Shown: positions 8,440 through 17,140, counted from the stretch's first letter. The stretch: 64,000 nt of DNA from Candidatus Omnitrophota bacterium (GCA_016193175.1 JACPSR010000142.1:118332-182331), one strand, 5' to 3'. Program-made: numbers and translations. Notes: generated by a model not told the origin, from the letters alone.

Positions 8440-9629
8440 CCCCTGGACCACGGCTTGACCTCGTTCCAATTCCCCCATCCACCAATGGGGTGATTCGGGT
8501 TTCTCGGCCGACCTTCTCCAGCGCCGAGGTTCGTGCCGTCGCCAGGGTGTTGGCGTCCGGTGAGGTGGGAGGCAACGGACCGATTGGGCGAGAGGTCGAG
8601 CGGCTGCTGGCCAAACGCCTGAACGCACGGCGAGTGCTCTTGCTGTCGTCCTGTACGCACGCCTATCAAGCTGGGCTACAGGCCCTTGGAATCGGAAAAG
8701 GGGATGAGGTCATCATGCCCAGCTTCAGCTACATGTCGATGGCGAACGCCGTCCTCAACGTCGGGGCGAGACCCGTCTTTGTCGACGTCGAGCCCGATCA
8801 CCTCACGATTGATCCTGTGGCTGCGAATCGTGCGGTCACGCGCCGCACAAAAGCCATCCTTGCTGTCCATTACGCGGGTTATCCTTGTCAGATGGATGCG
8901 CTCTTGGCGCTCAAGCGGCGGTATGAACTTGCGATTCTTGAGGATGCGGCGCAGGCGATCGGGTCGACGTACCGTGGCCGCGCACTGGGGACCATCGGGG
9001 AGTTCGGCTGTTTAAGTTTCCATCAGACGAAGAACATCGTGTGTGGGGAAGGCGGAGCGTTCGTGACCCAACGCGTGGCGTTGGCAGACCGTGTCGATCT
9101 CATTCGAGAAAAGGGGACAAATCGCTCGGCGTTCCTCAGGGGCAAGGTTGGGCGTTACGAGTGGATTGCCCAAGGGGACAACTATGTCCTGTCCGAGTTG
9201 CAGGCTGCGATTCTGCGCGAGCAGCTGTTGAAACTGGACATCCTGACCGCCCGACGGCGTCGCCTCGGACTGCGCTACGTCAGGTGGTTGCGACCACTGG
9301 AACAGCGAGGCCGACTCCGACTGCCACCGTTCAGGCGGCCTGAAGAGATCGCTGGCTATAACTGGCACTTCCTCTATGTCATGGTGGAGCCGCCCGGTGA
9401 TCGTAATCGGGTCATCGCCCAGTTGCGCGCCCGAAACATCGAAGCGACCACACATTTCCCAGCCCTACACTGCTCGCCATTGGGGCGGCAGTTTCATCGA
9501 GGGGGATCGCTGCCTTACGCGGAAGCGGCAGCCAAGCGGCTGATGCGAATCCCGTTGCATGCTGAGTTGAGTGTGCGTGACCAGCAGCGTGTCGTTGAGG
9601 CGCTGCACGAAGTCCTTGAAGGACATTAG
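8436..9629 (+). CDS. DegT/DnrJ/EryC1 aminotransferase, WecE/RffA/SpsC-like (NDP-4-keto-6-deoxyhexose 4-aminotransferase)
   Basis: ..YRGRALGTIGEFGCLSFHQTKNIVCGEGGAF.. and ..IREKGTNRSAFLRGKVGRYEWIAQGDNYVLSELQAAIL.. are collinear with E. coli WecE as I recall it (..SFHETKN.., ..IREKGTNRSQFFRGQVDKYTW..). ATG 8436 forms an ATGA overlap with the upstream stop; the track start 8424 is a GTG. Confidence 0.85.
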   Translation: MTPGPRLDLVPIPPSTNGVIRVSRPTFSSAEVRAVARVLASGEVGGNGPIGREVERLLAKRLNARRVLLLSSCTHAYQAGLQALGIGKGDEVIMPSFSYMSMANAVLNVGARPVFVDVEPDHLTIDPVAANRAVTRRTKAILAVHYAGYPCQMDALLALKRRYELAILEDAAQAIGSTYRGRALGTIGEFGCLSFHQTKNIVCGEGGAFVTQRVALADRVDLIREKGTNRSAFLRGKVGRYEWIAQGDNYVLSELQAAILREQLLKLDILTARRRRLGLRYVRWLRPLEQRGRLRLPPFRRPEEIAGYNWHFLYVMVEPPGDRNRVIAQLRARNIEATTHFPALHCSPLGRQFHRGGSLPYAEAAAKRLMRIPLHAELSVRDQQRVVEALHEVLEGH

Positions 9630-9660
9630 GGTGGATGGTCGTCCGAGCCGCTGAGCTTCG

Positions 9661-10512
9661 ATGAGGCTGCCACGATCCGTCAACCCATCCTCGCGTCGTG
9701 CTCCACCGACGGCCCGTGCGCAGCGGTCGGGCGCGGGGAAGAACCTGTTCTCGTTGGAAGGGCAGGTCGCTCTTGTCACGGGGGCATTAGGGCAGCTGGG
9801 ACGGCAGTTTGTACGCGTCTTAGGGGAGGCTGGCGCCCATGTCATTGTCGCTGATCTCGATGAGGGACGGTGTCAGCAACTGTGCCGGCAGCTTCGTGAG
9901 GAACACCTCAACGCCTCCTGGGCAGCGTTTGACGTGACCGATCCTGAGGCCGTGCGAGCGGCTTTTCAGCGTTTCAGACAAGCGTATGGGGGATGTGATG
10001 TCCTCGTGAACAACGCAGGTATCGCGGTGTTTACCCCGTTTGAGGAACGGGCATTTGAGGAGTTTATGAAGGTGCTGCGCGTGAATGTCGGTGGCATGTT
10101 TCTGTGTACGCAAGCGGCGGTTCCGCTGATGAAGGACCGACCGAGCGGCGGCCGGATTGTGAACATTGGGTCAATGTACGGGGTGGTCAGCGGTGATCCG
10201 CGGATCTACACCGATACCGCGCGGAACACCTCGGAGGTGTACGCGGCATCAAAGGCGGCGGTCATTCAGTTGACACGGTACTGGGCGATTCATCTCGCCC
10301 GGTACCGTATTCGAGTGAACGCCTTGAGCCCTGGGGGAATAGAGAACCAGCAGGGCAGTGATTTCGTGAAACAGTATTCGTTCCGGACCCCGTTGGGACG
10401 GATGGGGCAGGTCACGGAGCTGTCTGGGGCACTGCTGTTTCTGGCCTCTGAGGCGTCCTCCTACGTGACGGGGCATAACCTGCTCGTGGATGGCGGGTGG
10501 ACTGCGTGGTAG
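9661..10512 (+). CDS. Short-chain dehydrogenase/reductase (SDR)
   Basis: Cofactor motif ..ALVTGALGQLG.., plus NNAGI and the catalytic YAASKAAV. The exact start is uncertain because the N-terminal 30 aa are Arg/Pro-rich. Confidence 0.85.
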   Translation: MRLPRSVNPSSRRAPPTARAQRSGAGKNLFSLEGQVALVTGALGQLGRQFVRVLGEAGAHVIVADLDEGRCQQLCRQLREEHLNASWAAFDVTDPEAVRAAFQRFRQAYGGCDVLVNNAGIAVFTPFEERAFEEFMKVLRVNVGGMFLCTQAAVPLMKDRPSGGRIVNIGSMYGVVSGDPRIYTDTARNTSEVYAASKAAVIQLTRYWAIHLARYRIRVNALSPGGIENQQGSDFVKQYSFRTPLGRMGQVTELSGALLFLASEASSYVTGHNLLVDGGWTAW

Positions 10513-10521
10513 CGGGGACAC

Positions 10522-11370
10522 ATGGTCATGAGGAGCACCATGGACATCGACGGTCGACGAGTCGGTGAAACCCACCCAACGTTCATTGTGGCCGAGATTG
10601 GGATTAATCATAACGGTGAGATGCGGACCGCAGAACGCTTGATCGAATCGGCGGCAACGGCAGGGGCGGATGCGGTCAAGTTCCAGACCTATGTGACGGA
10701 GCAGCGGGTTCCTCGGTCCAACCCATTCTTCGAGTTGCTGAAACAATGCGAGCTGCCGTTTCCGCAGCAGGCCGAGCTCAAAGCCTTCGCGGAACATGTG
10801 GGAGTCTTGTTCTTCTCAACGCCGTTTGATACTGAGAGTGTTGAGTTCCTGGCTAGCCTGAATGTCTCGGTCTATAAGATTGCCTCATTTGATATCGTCA
10901 ACCTGCGCCTGCTCCGCAAGGCGGCTTCGACTGGGAAGCCGGTCATCGTCTCGCGGGGAATGGCGACGTTCGAAGAGATCAACCGAGCTGTGGCCGTGTT
11001 GGAGGAAGCGAGCGCCCCCTACGCCTTGCTCCACTGCATCTCTGCGTACCCGACGCCTGAAGATCAAGCGAACCTGAACGCGATTCGAACCTTGGTGGAG
11101 CACTACCAGTGCCCAGTCGGGTATTCTGACCACACGTTAGGGATCGAGGTTCCGGTGTATGCGGTGGCGGTTGGCGCCCACATCATTGAAAAACATTTCA
11201 CCTTAGACCGGAGCATGCAGGGGCCCGACCATTCGCTGTCCGCGAACCCCACACAACTTGCGGAGATGATTCAACGCATTCGGAGCCTTGAGCGGGCCCT
11301 GGGTCATGCCCAGTTGTGTGTCGTTGAAGCGGAGCAGGGGACTCTGATCTACCGGAGGCCAACCAACTAA
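10522..11370 (+). CDS. NeuB/SpsE-type nonulosonic-acid synthase, TIM-barrel part only (C-terminal SAF domain missing)
   Basis: ..TFIVAEIGINHNGEMRTAERLIESAATAGADAVKFQTY.., ..YSDHTLGIEVPVYAVAVGAHIIEKHFTLDRSMQGPDHSLS.. The protein ends at ..EAEQGTLIYRRPTN (282 aa), where the SAF/antifreeze-like domain normally begins. An alternative start is ATG 10540. Confidence 0.85.
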   Translation: MVMRSTMDIDGRRVGETHPTFIVAEIGINHNGEMRTAERLIESAATAGADAVKFQTYVTEQRVPRSNPFFELLKQCELPFPQQAELKAFAEHVGVLFFSTPFDTESVEFLASLNVSVYKIASFDIVNLRLLRKAASTGKPVIVSRGMATFEEINRAVAVLEEASAPYALLHCISAYPTPEDQANLNAIRTLVEHYQCPVGYSDHTLGIEVPVYAVAVGAHIIEKHFTLDRSMQGPDHSLSANPTQLAEMIQRIRSLERALGHAQLCVVEAEQGTLIYRRPTN

Positions 11371-11373
11371 GGC

Positions 11374-13092
11374 ATGGAACAGCGGATTCTCTTTCGGTGT
11401 GACGGTGGCCGAATTCCTGAGATCGGGACGGGACACGTGAGACGTTGCCTGTTGCTGGCCGACTATCACTGGCGGCACTACCGAAGCGTGGCACGGTTCC
11501 TGATGCGTCAGGCGTCAGACGGCGTGAACTTGGTCCTGGAGAGCGGTCTCCCCGTCGAGGTACAGACCTTTGCCACGGATGGGGATGAGGATCGCGCATT
11601 CACGGAGGCGCTGGATCAGTTTCATCCAGACGTCTGCGTCTTCGATTGCCTCAACGTCGCTGAGGAGTTGTTGGCGCTCTGCCATAGTCGTGGGACGGTG
11701 ACGGTTTCCCTGGACGATGTCGGAGCCGGCCTGACCCGGGCGGACATTGTGGTGAACGCCATCGTCGAGCATCCGGGGACCTGCTATAGCGGGCCGGAGT
11801 ATCTCATCCTGCCAGAGACTCCACCGGCCAGTCCACCTCAACGTGGCGGTCATGGACAAGGCGTGTCGTTGTTTATTTCCGCCGGGGGCTATGACCACCG
11901 CCGTCTGGCTGAGCGGCTCCTGCAGGTCCTGAAGGGCATTTCCGAGGTGAAGCGCATCCACCTGATCGCTTCGGATGCTGAAGTCTCACAGCGATGTCAG
12001 GGTTTGGTGGCAGAAGACACCACGCATCCAGCGATCACCATTCAGCACGCAGTGCCCAACATCGGGACGATTATGGCCCAATGTGACCTTGCCGTGGTTT
12101 CTGGAGGGTTAACCCTGTTTGAGGCGATGCGCTTGGGGGTGCCAAGCGTGGTGGTCGCGCAATATGCGCATCAGGCAACCACGGCAGCCGTGTATGCGTC
12201 GCGGGAATCAGTTGTCAGCGTTGGATTGCCCGACCACACCTTTGAAACCAAGGTGCGCCGGGCAGCCGAACAGCTCATTCAGGCCCCTGAAATCCGGTAT
12301 CGACTGGGTCGGAATGCTCAGCGGCTTGTGGACGGCAGGGGCCTTAAGCGGGTCGCAGAACTCATGAGAATCTGCGAGTTCCTCGAGTGGGATACCACCT
12401 TTTTCGGCAGACGCATCGCGGTCCTGAAGCCCCTGAGACTGACCGAGCGGATTCTGAACTATGCGCTTGAGCGCTGTCGGCAGTGGGGCGTCGAGTGCTT
12501 GTACTACCAATGCGACTGTCACCATGCCCCGAGCGTGCGCCTGGCCGAACAGCATGGATTTCATTTCGTGGATATGCGGCTCACGTTTGAATACGATCTG
12601 ACGCGCCCGGTTGTGCCCTTCAACGGGCTGCCACACGGGATCGAGATGCGGCCCTGTCGTCCTGATGATGTCCCGGCCCTGAAGGCGATCGCCAGCGACA
12701 GCTATCTGGACTCTCGCTATTACTTTGACCAGCGTTTTGCGCGCGAACGGTGCACCGCGTTCTACACCGAGTGGATTGAGAAGTGTGCGAACGGCTTTGT
12801 CGATCACGTGTTGGTTGCCGAGCATCAGGGACAAGCTGTGGGCTACGTGACGTGCAGGTGCGCCACACCCTATCTTGGACATATCGATCTCATCGGCGTT
12901 CACCCATCCATGCGCAATCGGCGGATTGGTCGAGCCCTGGTTGACGCAGCACTCCGGTGGTTCCTTGAGCGAGATTTTGAGCGCGTGGAGGTCGCGACTC
13001 AGGGACGTAATTACGCTGCACAGCGTCTGTATCAGCGGTGTGGATTCGTGAGCAGACAGACACGCTTATGGTACCACAAGTGGTTGACGTGA
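11374..13092 (+). CDS. Fusion of a PseG/SpsG-like UDP-sugar hydrolase (GT28-C fold) with a WecD/RffC-like GNAT acetyltransferase
   Basis: The N-terminus MEQRILFRCDGGRIPEIGTGHVRRCLLLA.. is PseG-like. The C-terminal ~230 aa begin ..WDTTFFGRRIA.. and contain ..FYTEWIEKCANGFVDHVLVA.. and ..VEVATQGRNYAAQRLYQRCGFVSRQTRLWYHKW. These are collinear with E. coli WecD as I recall it (..[20 protein letters not shown].., ..[32 protein letters not shown]). Confidence 0.75.
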   Translation: MEQRILFRCDGGRIPEIGTGHVRRCLLLADYHWRHYRSVARFLMRQASDGVNLVLESGLPVEVQTFATDGDEDRAFTEALDQFHPDVCVFDCLNVAEELLALCHSRGTVTVSLDDVGAGLTRADIVVNAIVEHPGTCYSGPEYLILPETPPASPPQRGGHGQGVSLFISAGGYDHRRLAERLLQVLKGISEVKRIHLIASDAEVSQRCQGLVAEDTTHPAITIQHAVPNIGTIMAQCDLAVVSGGLTLFEAMRLGVPSVVVAQYAHQATTAAVYASRESVVSVGLPDHTFETKVRRAAEQLIQAPEIRYRLGRNAQRLVDGRGLKRVAELMRICEFLEWDTTFFGRRIAVLKPLRLTERILNYALERCRQWGVECLYYQCDCHHAPSVRLAEQHGFHFVDMRLTFEYDLTRPVVPFNGLPHGIEMRPCRPDDVPALKAIASDSYLDSRYYFDQRFARERCTAFYTEWIEKCANGFVDHVLVAEHQGQAVGYVTCRCATPYLGHIDLIGVHPSMRNRRIGRALVDAALRWFLERDFERVEVATQGRNYAAQRLYQRCGFVSRQTRLWYHKWLT

Positions 13093-13126
13093 CTCCGAGG
13101 ACCCGTTGTCGGGTCGTGGACGCCTG

Positions 13127-13906
13127 ATGCCATCCCACAAGGTCGTGGGTATTATCCAAGCCCGGATGGGCTCCAGCCGTTTTCCAGGGAAAACGCTGTA
13201 CCCGGTCAATGGTCAACCCATGTTGTCCTGGATGCTGACGCGCGTCGCCCAGGCCCGTCGGCTCGACCACTGGCTGGTGGCGACCACTGACCAGGTAGCC
13301 GATGAGGCCATTGTTTCGTATTGTCAGGACCACAGGGTGCCAGTCTTCCGTGGCCACGAACTGGATGTCTTGGACCGATATTACCGGGCCGCTCGGGACG
13401 CCGGAGCTGGTGTTGTGGTGCGCTTGACCGCGGACTGCCCGCTGATTGATCCTCGGGTCATCGATCAGGTCATTGAGACCTTTCAGCTCGGCACCTCTGA
13501 CTATGTGTCGAACGTCACACCCCTTCCTTCCTCATTTCCCGATGGGATGGATGTTGAGGTGTTCTCGATGGCAGCGTTGAACCGGGCGTGGCGCGACGCG
13601 GTCAAGCCGTCAGACCGTGAGCATGTGACGTTTTACATGTGGCAGCACCCCGAGACGTTTCAACTCTATCGCGTAGAGCACGAACCGGATTGGTCGAGGT
13701 ACCGGCTCACGGTTGATTCCCCTCAAGACCTGGAAGTGATCGAAGCGATCATGAAGGCGTTCAGTCCTCAGCACCTCACGACCAGCATGGAGGAGTTGAT
13801 TGCGTATTTAGACCAGCATGAGGAGTTGCGAAGGCGCAATCATGGGATCGCACGCGATGCCGGGTGGCAGGCAGCGTATCAGCGCGACCGTGAGATGGGG
13901 TTCTAG
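13127..13906 (+). CDS. Cytidylyltransferase, SpsF/acylneuraminate cytidylyltransferase family (CMP-nonulosonate synthetase-like)
   Basis: ..VVGIIQARMGSSRFPGKTLYPVNGQPMLSWMLTRV.. and ..VVRLTADCPLIDP.. The start was moved to ATG 13127; the track start 13106 is a TTG. Confidence 0.85.
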   Translation: MPSHKVVGIIQARMGSSRFPGKTLYPVNGQPMLSWMLTRVAQARRLDHWLVATTDQVADEAIVSYCQDHRVPVFRGHELDVLDRYYRAARDAGAGVVVRLTADCPLIDPRVIDQVIETFQLGTSDYVSNVTPLPSSFPDGMDVEVFSMAALNRAWRDAVKPSDREHVTFYMWQHPETFQLYRVEHEPDWSRYRLTVDSPQDLEVIEAIMKAFSPQHLTTSMEELIAYLDQHEELRRRNHGIARDAGWQAAYQRDREMGF

Positions 13907-13909
13907 CGA

Positions 13910-15244
13910 ATGACGCGTCCCCCCTCACGCCAGCGGACTCAGTCGGAAGCTCTATGGGACCGGGCGAAGAAAGTGATTCCAGCCGGCACACAGACCTTTA
14001 GCAAAGGGCCTGGGCAATTTGTCAACGGGGTTGCACCCAAGTATCTGCGGCGGGGCGAAGGGGCGCACGTATGGGATGTTGACGGGAACGAATTTCTCGA
14101 CTACGGGCTGGCGCTCGGCCCCGTGATTCTTGGCTACGCGTACCCCCGGGTGAATGAGGCCATCATGGCGCAGCTGCGTGACGGAATTAGCTTTACGCTC
14201 ATGCATCCGCTGGAGGTTGAGCTGTCAGAGTTGCTCACGTCAATCATCCCGTGCGCGGAGATGGTGCGCTTTGGCAAGAACGGCTCTGATGCGACGGCCG
14301 CAGCCGTTCGGCTCGCCCGGGCCTTCACCGGTCGGGAACGGGTGGCCTGTTGCGGCTACCACGGATGGCAAGATTGGTACATCGGTTCGACATCGAGAAG
14401 GGCCGGAGTGCCCCGTGCGGTGCAAGCCCTGACCCATCCGTTTCAGTACAACGATCTCGATTCGCTCAGCGCGATTTTTACCACGTATCCAAAGGAGATG
14501 GCTGCGGTGATCCTAGAGCCGACGACCGTAGTGGAACCAGCGCAGGGATTTCTTGAGGGGGTTCGGGATTTGGCGCACCAGCACGGCGCCCTGGTCATTT
14601 TCGATGAGGTGATCACCGGGTTCCGCCTGGCCCTCGGCGGGGCGCAGGAATTCTTTGGCGTGACCCCTGATCTGGCCACGTTTGGCAAGGCGATGGCCAA
14701 CGGCATGCCATGTTCGGCGTTGGTTGGTCGGGCCGACGTGATGCGCCTGTTGGACGAGGTCTTTGTCTCGTTCACGTTCGCTGGGGAAACGCTGTCCTTG
14801 GCGGCTGCGCTGGCGACCATTCGCGAGTTGCAAACCCAACCCGTCCTGCCACATCTCTGGGAGTTGGGAAGGCGACTGAAGACGGGGTACACGGAGTTGG
14901 TCGCTGCACGAAGCCTCCAGGCCATGACGCGATGCAGCGGGTATCCTTGTTGGCCCACCTTGGCATTCGAGGCATTCCGCGGGATCCCGGCGTCGACGCT
15001 TCAAAGCCTGTTCTTCCAGGAAGTCGTGAAGCGGGGCATTTTGACTCGGCCTGGCATGTTCCTTTGCTTTGCGCACACGAGGGAAGACATTGAGCGGACC
15101 CTCCAGGTCTATGGGGAAGCGCTCGATGTCCTGGCCCGTGCCTGTGAGCGCGGCACAGCGGGGGAATGGCTCGAGGGGGATATCATCGAGCCGGTGATCA
15201 GGATGGAGACTTCCCCTCAAACGGTCGTGCATGGAATGTCTTGA
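13910..15244 (+). CDS. Class-III PLP aminotransferase (glutamate-1-semialdehyde aminomutase-like)
   Basis: ..GAHVWDVDGNEFLDYGLALGPVILGYAYP.., ..GSDATAAAVRLARAFTGR.., ..VIFDEVITGFRLALGGAQEFFGVTPDLATFGKAMANG.. (PLP lysine in FGKA). Confidence 0.85.
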   Translation: MTRPPSRQRTQSEALWDRAKKVIPAGTQTFSKGPGQFVNGVAPKYLRRGEGAHVWDVDGNEFLDYGLALGPVILGYAYPRVNEAIMAQLRDGISFTLMHPLEVELSELLTSIIPCAEMVRFGKNGSDATAAAVRLARAFTGRERVACCGYHGWQDWYIGSTSRRAGVPRAVQALTHPFQYNDLDSLSAIFTTYPKEMAAVILEPTTVVEPAQGFLEGVRDLAHQHGALVIFDEVITGFRLALGGAQEFFGVTPDLATFGKAMANGMPCSALVGRADVMRLLDEVFVSFTFAGETLSLAAALATIRELQTQPVLPHLWELGRRLKTGYTELVAARSLQAMTRCSGYPCWPTLAFEAFRGIPASTLQSLFFQEVVKRGILTRPGMFLCFAHTREDIERTLQVYGEALDVLARACERGTAGEWLEGDIIEPVIRMETSPQTVVHGMS

Positions 15245-15271
15245 AAGCCGGAGGAACCGGGAGAGCTGGGG

Positions 15272-15619
15272 TACCGCACGGACGAAACCAGCCGGGAAGG
15301 GCCGGATCACGGGTTCTCCATGACCCTGGATGCGTGGCGGGAGATGGTCGACCGCACGCGGGAGCTAGAGCGTGCCCTCGGCCATCCAGAAAAGGTGGTG
15401 GCGGCACACGAGCAAGAGACGGCGATCCTCCAGCGGCGCTGCCTGCGGACGGCTCGCAATCTCACGGAGGGGACGCTCCTCATGCGCGACGCGATCGAGG
15501 TTCTTCGGCCGGCGCCTGGCGATGCGATTCTGCCCCACCGGATCGACCAGGTGGTGAGCCGGCGTCTCCGACGAGCGATGCGACGAGGGGAGCATTTCAC
15601 CTGGAGCGTGCTGGAGTGA
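15272..15619 (+). pseudogene. Orphan NeuB C-terminal fragment (linker helix + SAF domain); either a relic of a second synthase gene or a stand-alone SAF protein (ORF 15320..15619)
   Basis: The same frame continues directly after the aminotransferase stop and reads ..SREGPDHGFSMTLDAWREMVDRTRELERALGHPEKVVAAHEQETAILQRRCLRTARNLTEGTLLMRDAIEVLRPAPGDAILP.. This aligns with ..QGPDHSLSANPTQLAEMIQRIRSLERALGHAQLCVVEAEQGTLIYRR of the 10522 gene and then extends through a SAF-like domain. No TIM-barrel part lies upstream. Confidence 0.55.
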
Positions 15620-15621
15620 GG

Positions 15622-16266
15622 ATGGCGCGGCAGGCGAGGCGCGTGTCGCTGGTCCAAGGTCGGGGAAAGGACGCGACTGGTGTCGGAGAGCTGCGGGTCC
15701 GTCGACGGCTGCGAGGTCGCTTGCTGGTGGGATCACGGCTGTGCCTGCGACCTCTGACAGAGGCTGACGTGACCAAGGAGTATCTGGGGTGGCTGAACGA
15801 TTCAGAAGTCACGCGGTTCCTCGAGGTCGGCCGGCAGCGCTCCACGCACCAGACGGTGCGCAGGTACCTCACGCGGTTCCACGGCAGCCGAACGGACTTC
15901 ATCTTTGCGATGATCGATCGGAAGACCGGACGCCACATCGGCAACGTCACCGTCAATCGGATACATCGAGTTGATTGCACGGCCGATACAGGCCTGATGA
16001 TCGGACGGAAGGACCTGTGGGGAAAAGGATATGCCTATGAGGCCTGGAGTCTTGTGCTGGCGCATGCGTTCCGGGATCTTGGGCTGCGCAAGGTGGTAGC
16101 GACGGTGGTGGTGGATAACGTCCGGAGCCTCCGGGCCCTGAAGAAGCTTGGTTTTCACGTTGAAGGGGTCCTCCGCCAAGAGCGGTTCGTCAACGGGACC
16201 TACAAGGATGTCGTGCGGCTCGGCCTGTTCAGCCATGAGTTCGAGCCTCTGAGGGGCGGAAGATGA
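15622..16266 (+). CDS. GNAT N-acetyltransferase (RimJ/RimL-like)
   Basis: ..LRPLTEADVTKEYLGWLNDSEVTRFLE.., ..IGNVTVNRIH..., ..GRKDLWGKGYAYEAWSLVLAHAFRDLGLRKVVATVVVDNVRSLRALKKLGFHVEGVLR.. The track ORF 15166..16266 has an implausible Arg/Gly/Pro-rich N-terminal extension, so the start was set at ATG 15622, 2 nt after the SAF-ORF stop. Confidence 0.8.
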   Translation: MARQARRVSLVQGRGKDATGVGELRVRRRLRGRLLVGSRLCLRPLTEADVTKEYLGWLNDSEVTRFLEVGRQRSTHQTVRRYLTRFHGSRTDFIFAMIDRKTGRHIGNVTVNRIHRVDCTADTGLMIGRKDLWGKGYAYEAWSLVLAHAFRDLGLRKVVATVVVDNVRSLRALKKLGFHVEGVLRQERFVNGTYKDVVRLGLFSHEFEPLRGGR

Positions 16267-16445
16267 GCACGGAGCGATTGCGGGTCATGGTGGGTCGGGG
16301 CTCATCCTGCCCCATTGACATGAACGTGTTTCCAGCCGAGCAAAACAGACAAGCCTACTTTGAAGCCCAGATTACCCATGCGGATCGGAAGTTTCGATAC
16401 TGTAAAGTGTCGGTGGACGATGTCTGGAAATATCGGGCGACCTGA
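16263..16445 (+). CDS. Small hypothetical protein (60 aa)
   Basis: ATGA overlap with the GNAT stop suggests translational coupling. No motif was recognised, and the ORF lies at the edge of a decayed region. Confidence 0.25.
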   Translation: MSTERLRVMVGRGSSCPIDMNVFPAEQNRQAYFEAQITHADRKFRYCKVSVDDVWKYRAT

Positions 16446-16493
16446 TCCTCGACTCGTGCAGGGCGCGATTCGAACGGGGAACACCGAGGGACG

Positions 16494-17136
16494 ATGAAAG
16501 GCGCATTCATCATCGAGCGGTCGAGCTACTACCGCGTCCTGGCGCCGATTATTGACGAGGCGTTGCGTAGAGGATGGCACGTGGAGTGCTGGCATGATTA
16601 CAGTCAGCCCAGGTCAGGAACCAAGGGGTACCAATTTCCGGCGGTCGAGTCAGCCCCAACATTCTTGAACGGCCGTCCGGTCTTCAAACCGTATGTTGGG
16701 GTCATGGAGCCTGCGCGACATCGAGGCGTTTATCGATGCATTCGATGAACCCTATGCTGGGGCATCGACGTTTTTGAATGGAGTACGTGTGCGGCTGCGG
16801 AGAGCCACTGCAGAATCGCTCGACGGAGCTTTCCATCCTTTCCAGACTGGTCTTGTCTATCGCAAGAGCCAAGACCGCCTGTTCATTGCTGCCACAGAGG
16901 GCTCATTGGTGGTCGGAGAAGTCTTGAGCGACGAGGGCACCAATATCTTGCAGCAGGTACGTGTGGGGGATCGGTTCTACAGCCCCTCGGAGTATCTCGA
17001 AGGCGCCAAGCGAATCCGGGTCTTTTATCGCGCAACAGGACTCACGACCGAAGGGCGTAGTGCGTTGGGTACCACACGCGCGAAGCATCCGCGACGTGGC
17101 TTGACGAAGGCTGGGGCCGTGGGCTCCCGGACCTGA
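16494..17136 (+). pseudogene. Formyltransferase-like gene remnant: an N-terminal beta-alpha-beta fragment and a C-terminal formyltransferase domain in different frames
   Basis: ORF 16693..17136 reads ..WSLRDIEAFIDAFDEPYAGASTFLNGVRVRLRRA...GLVYRKSQDRLFIAATEGSLVVGEV.., which matches the C-terminal domain pattern of Fmt-like formyltransferases (..iRA...PyPGA.t...g..v.i..a..). ORF 16494..16748 (MKGAFIIERSSYYRVLAPIIDEALRRGWHVECW..) is a Rossmann-type N-terminus in another frame. The catalytic core (HxSLLPxxRG region) is absent. Confidence 0.45.
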
Positions 17137-17140
17137 TCAG

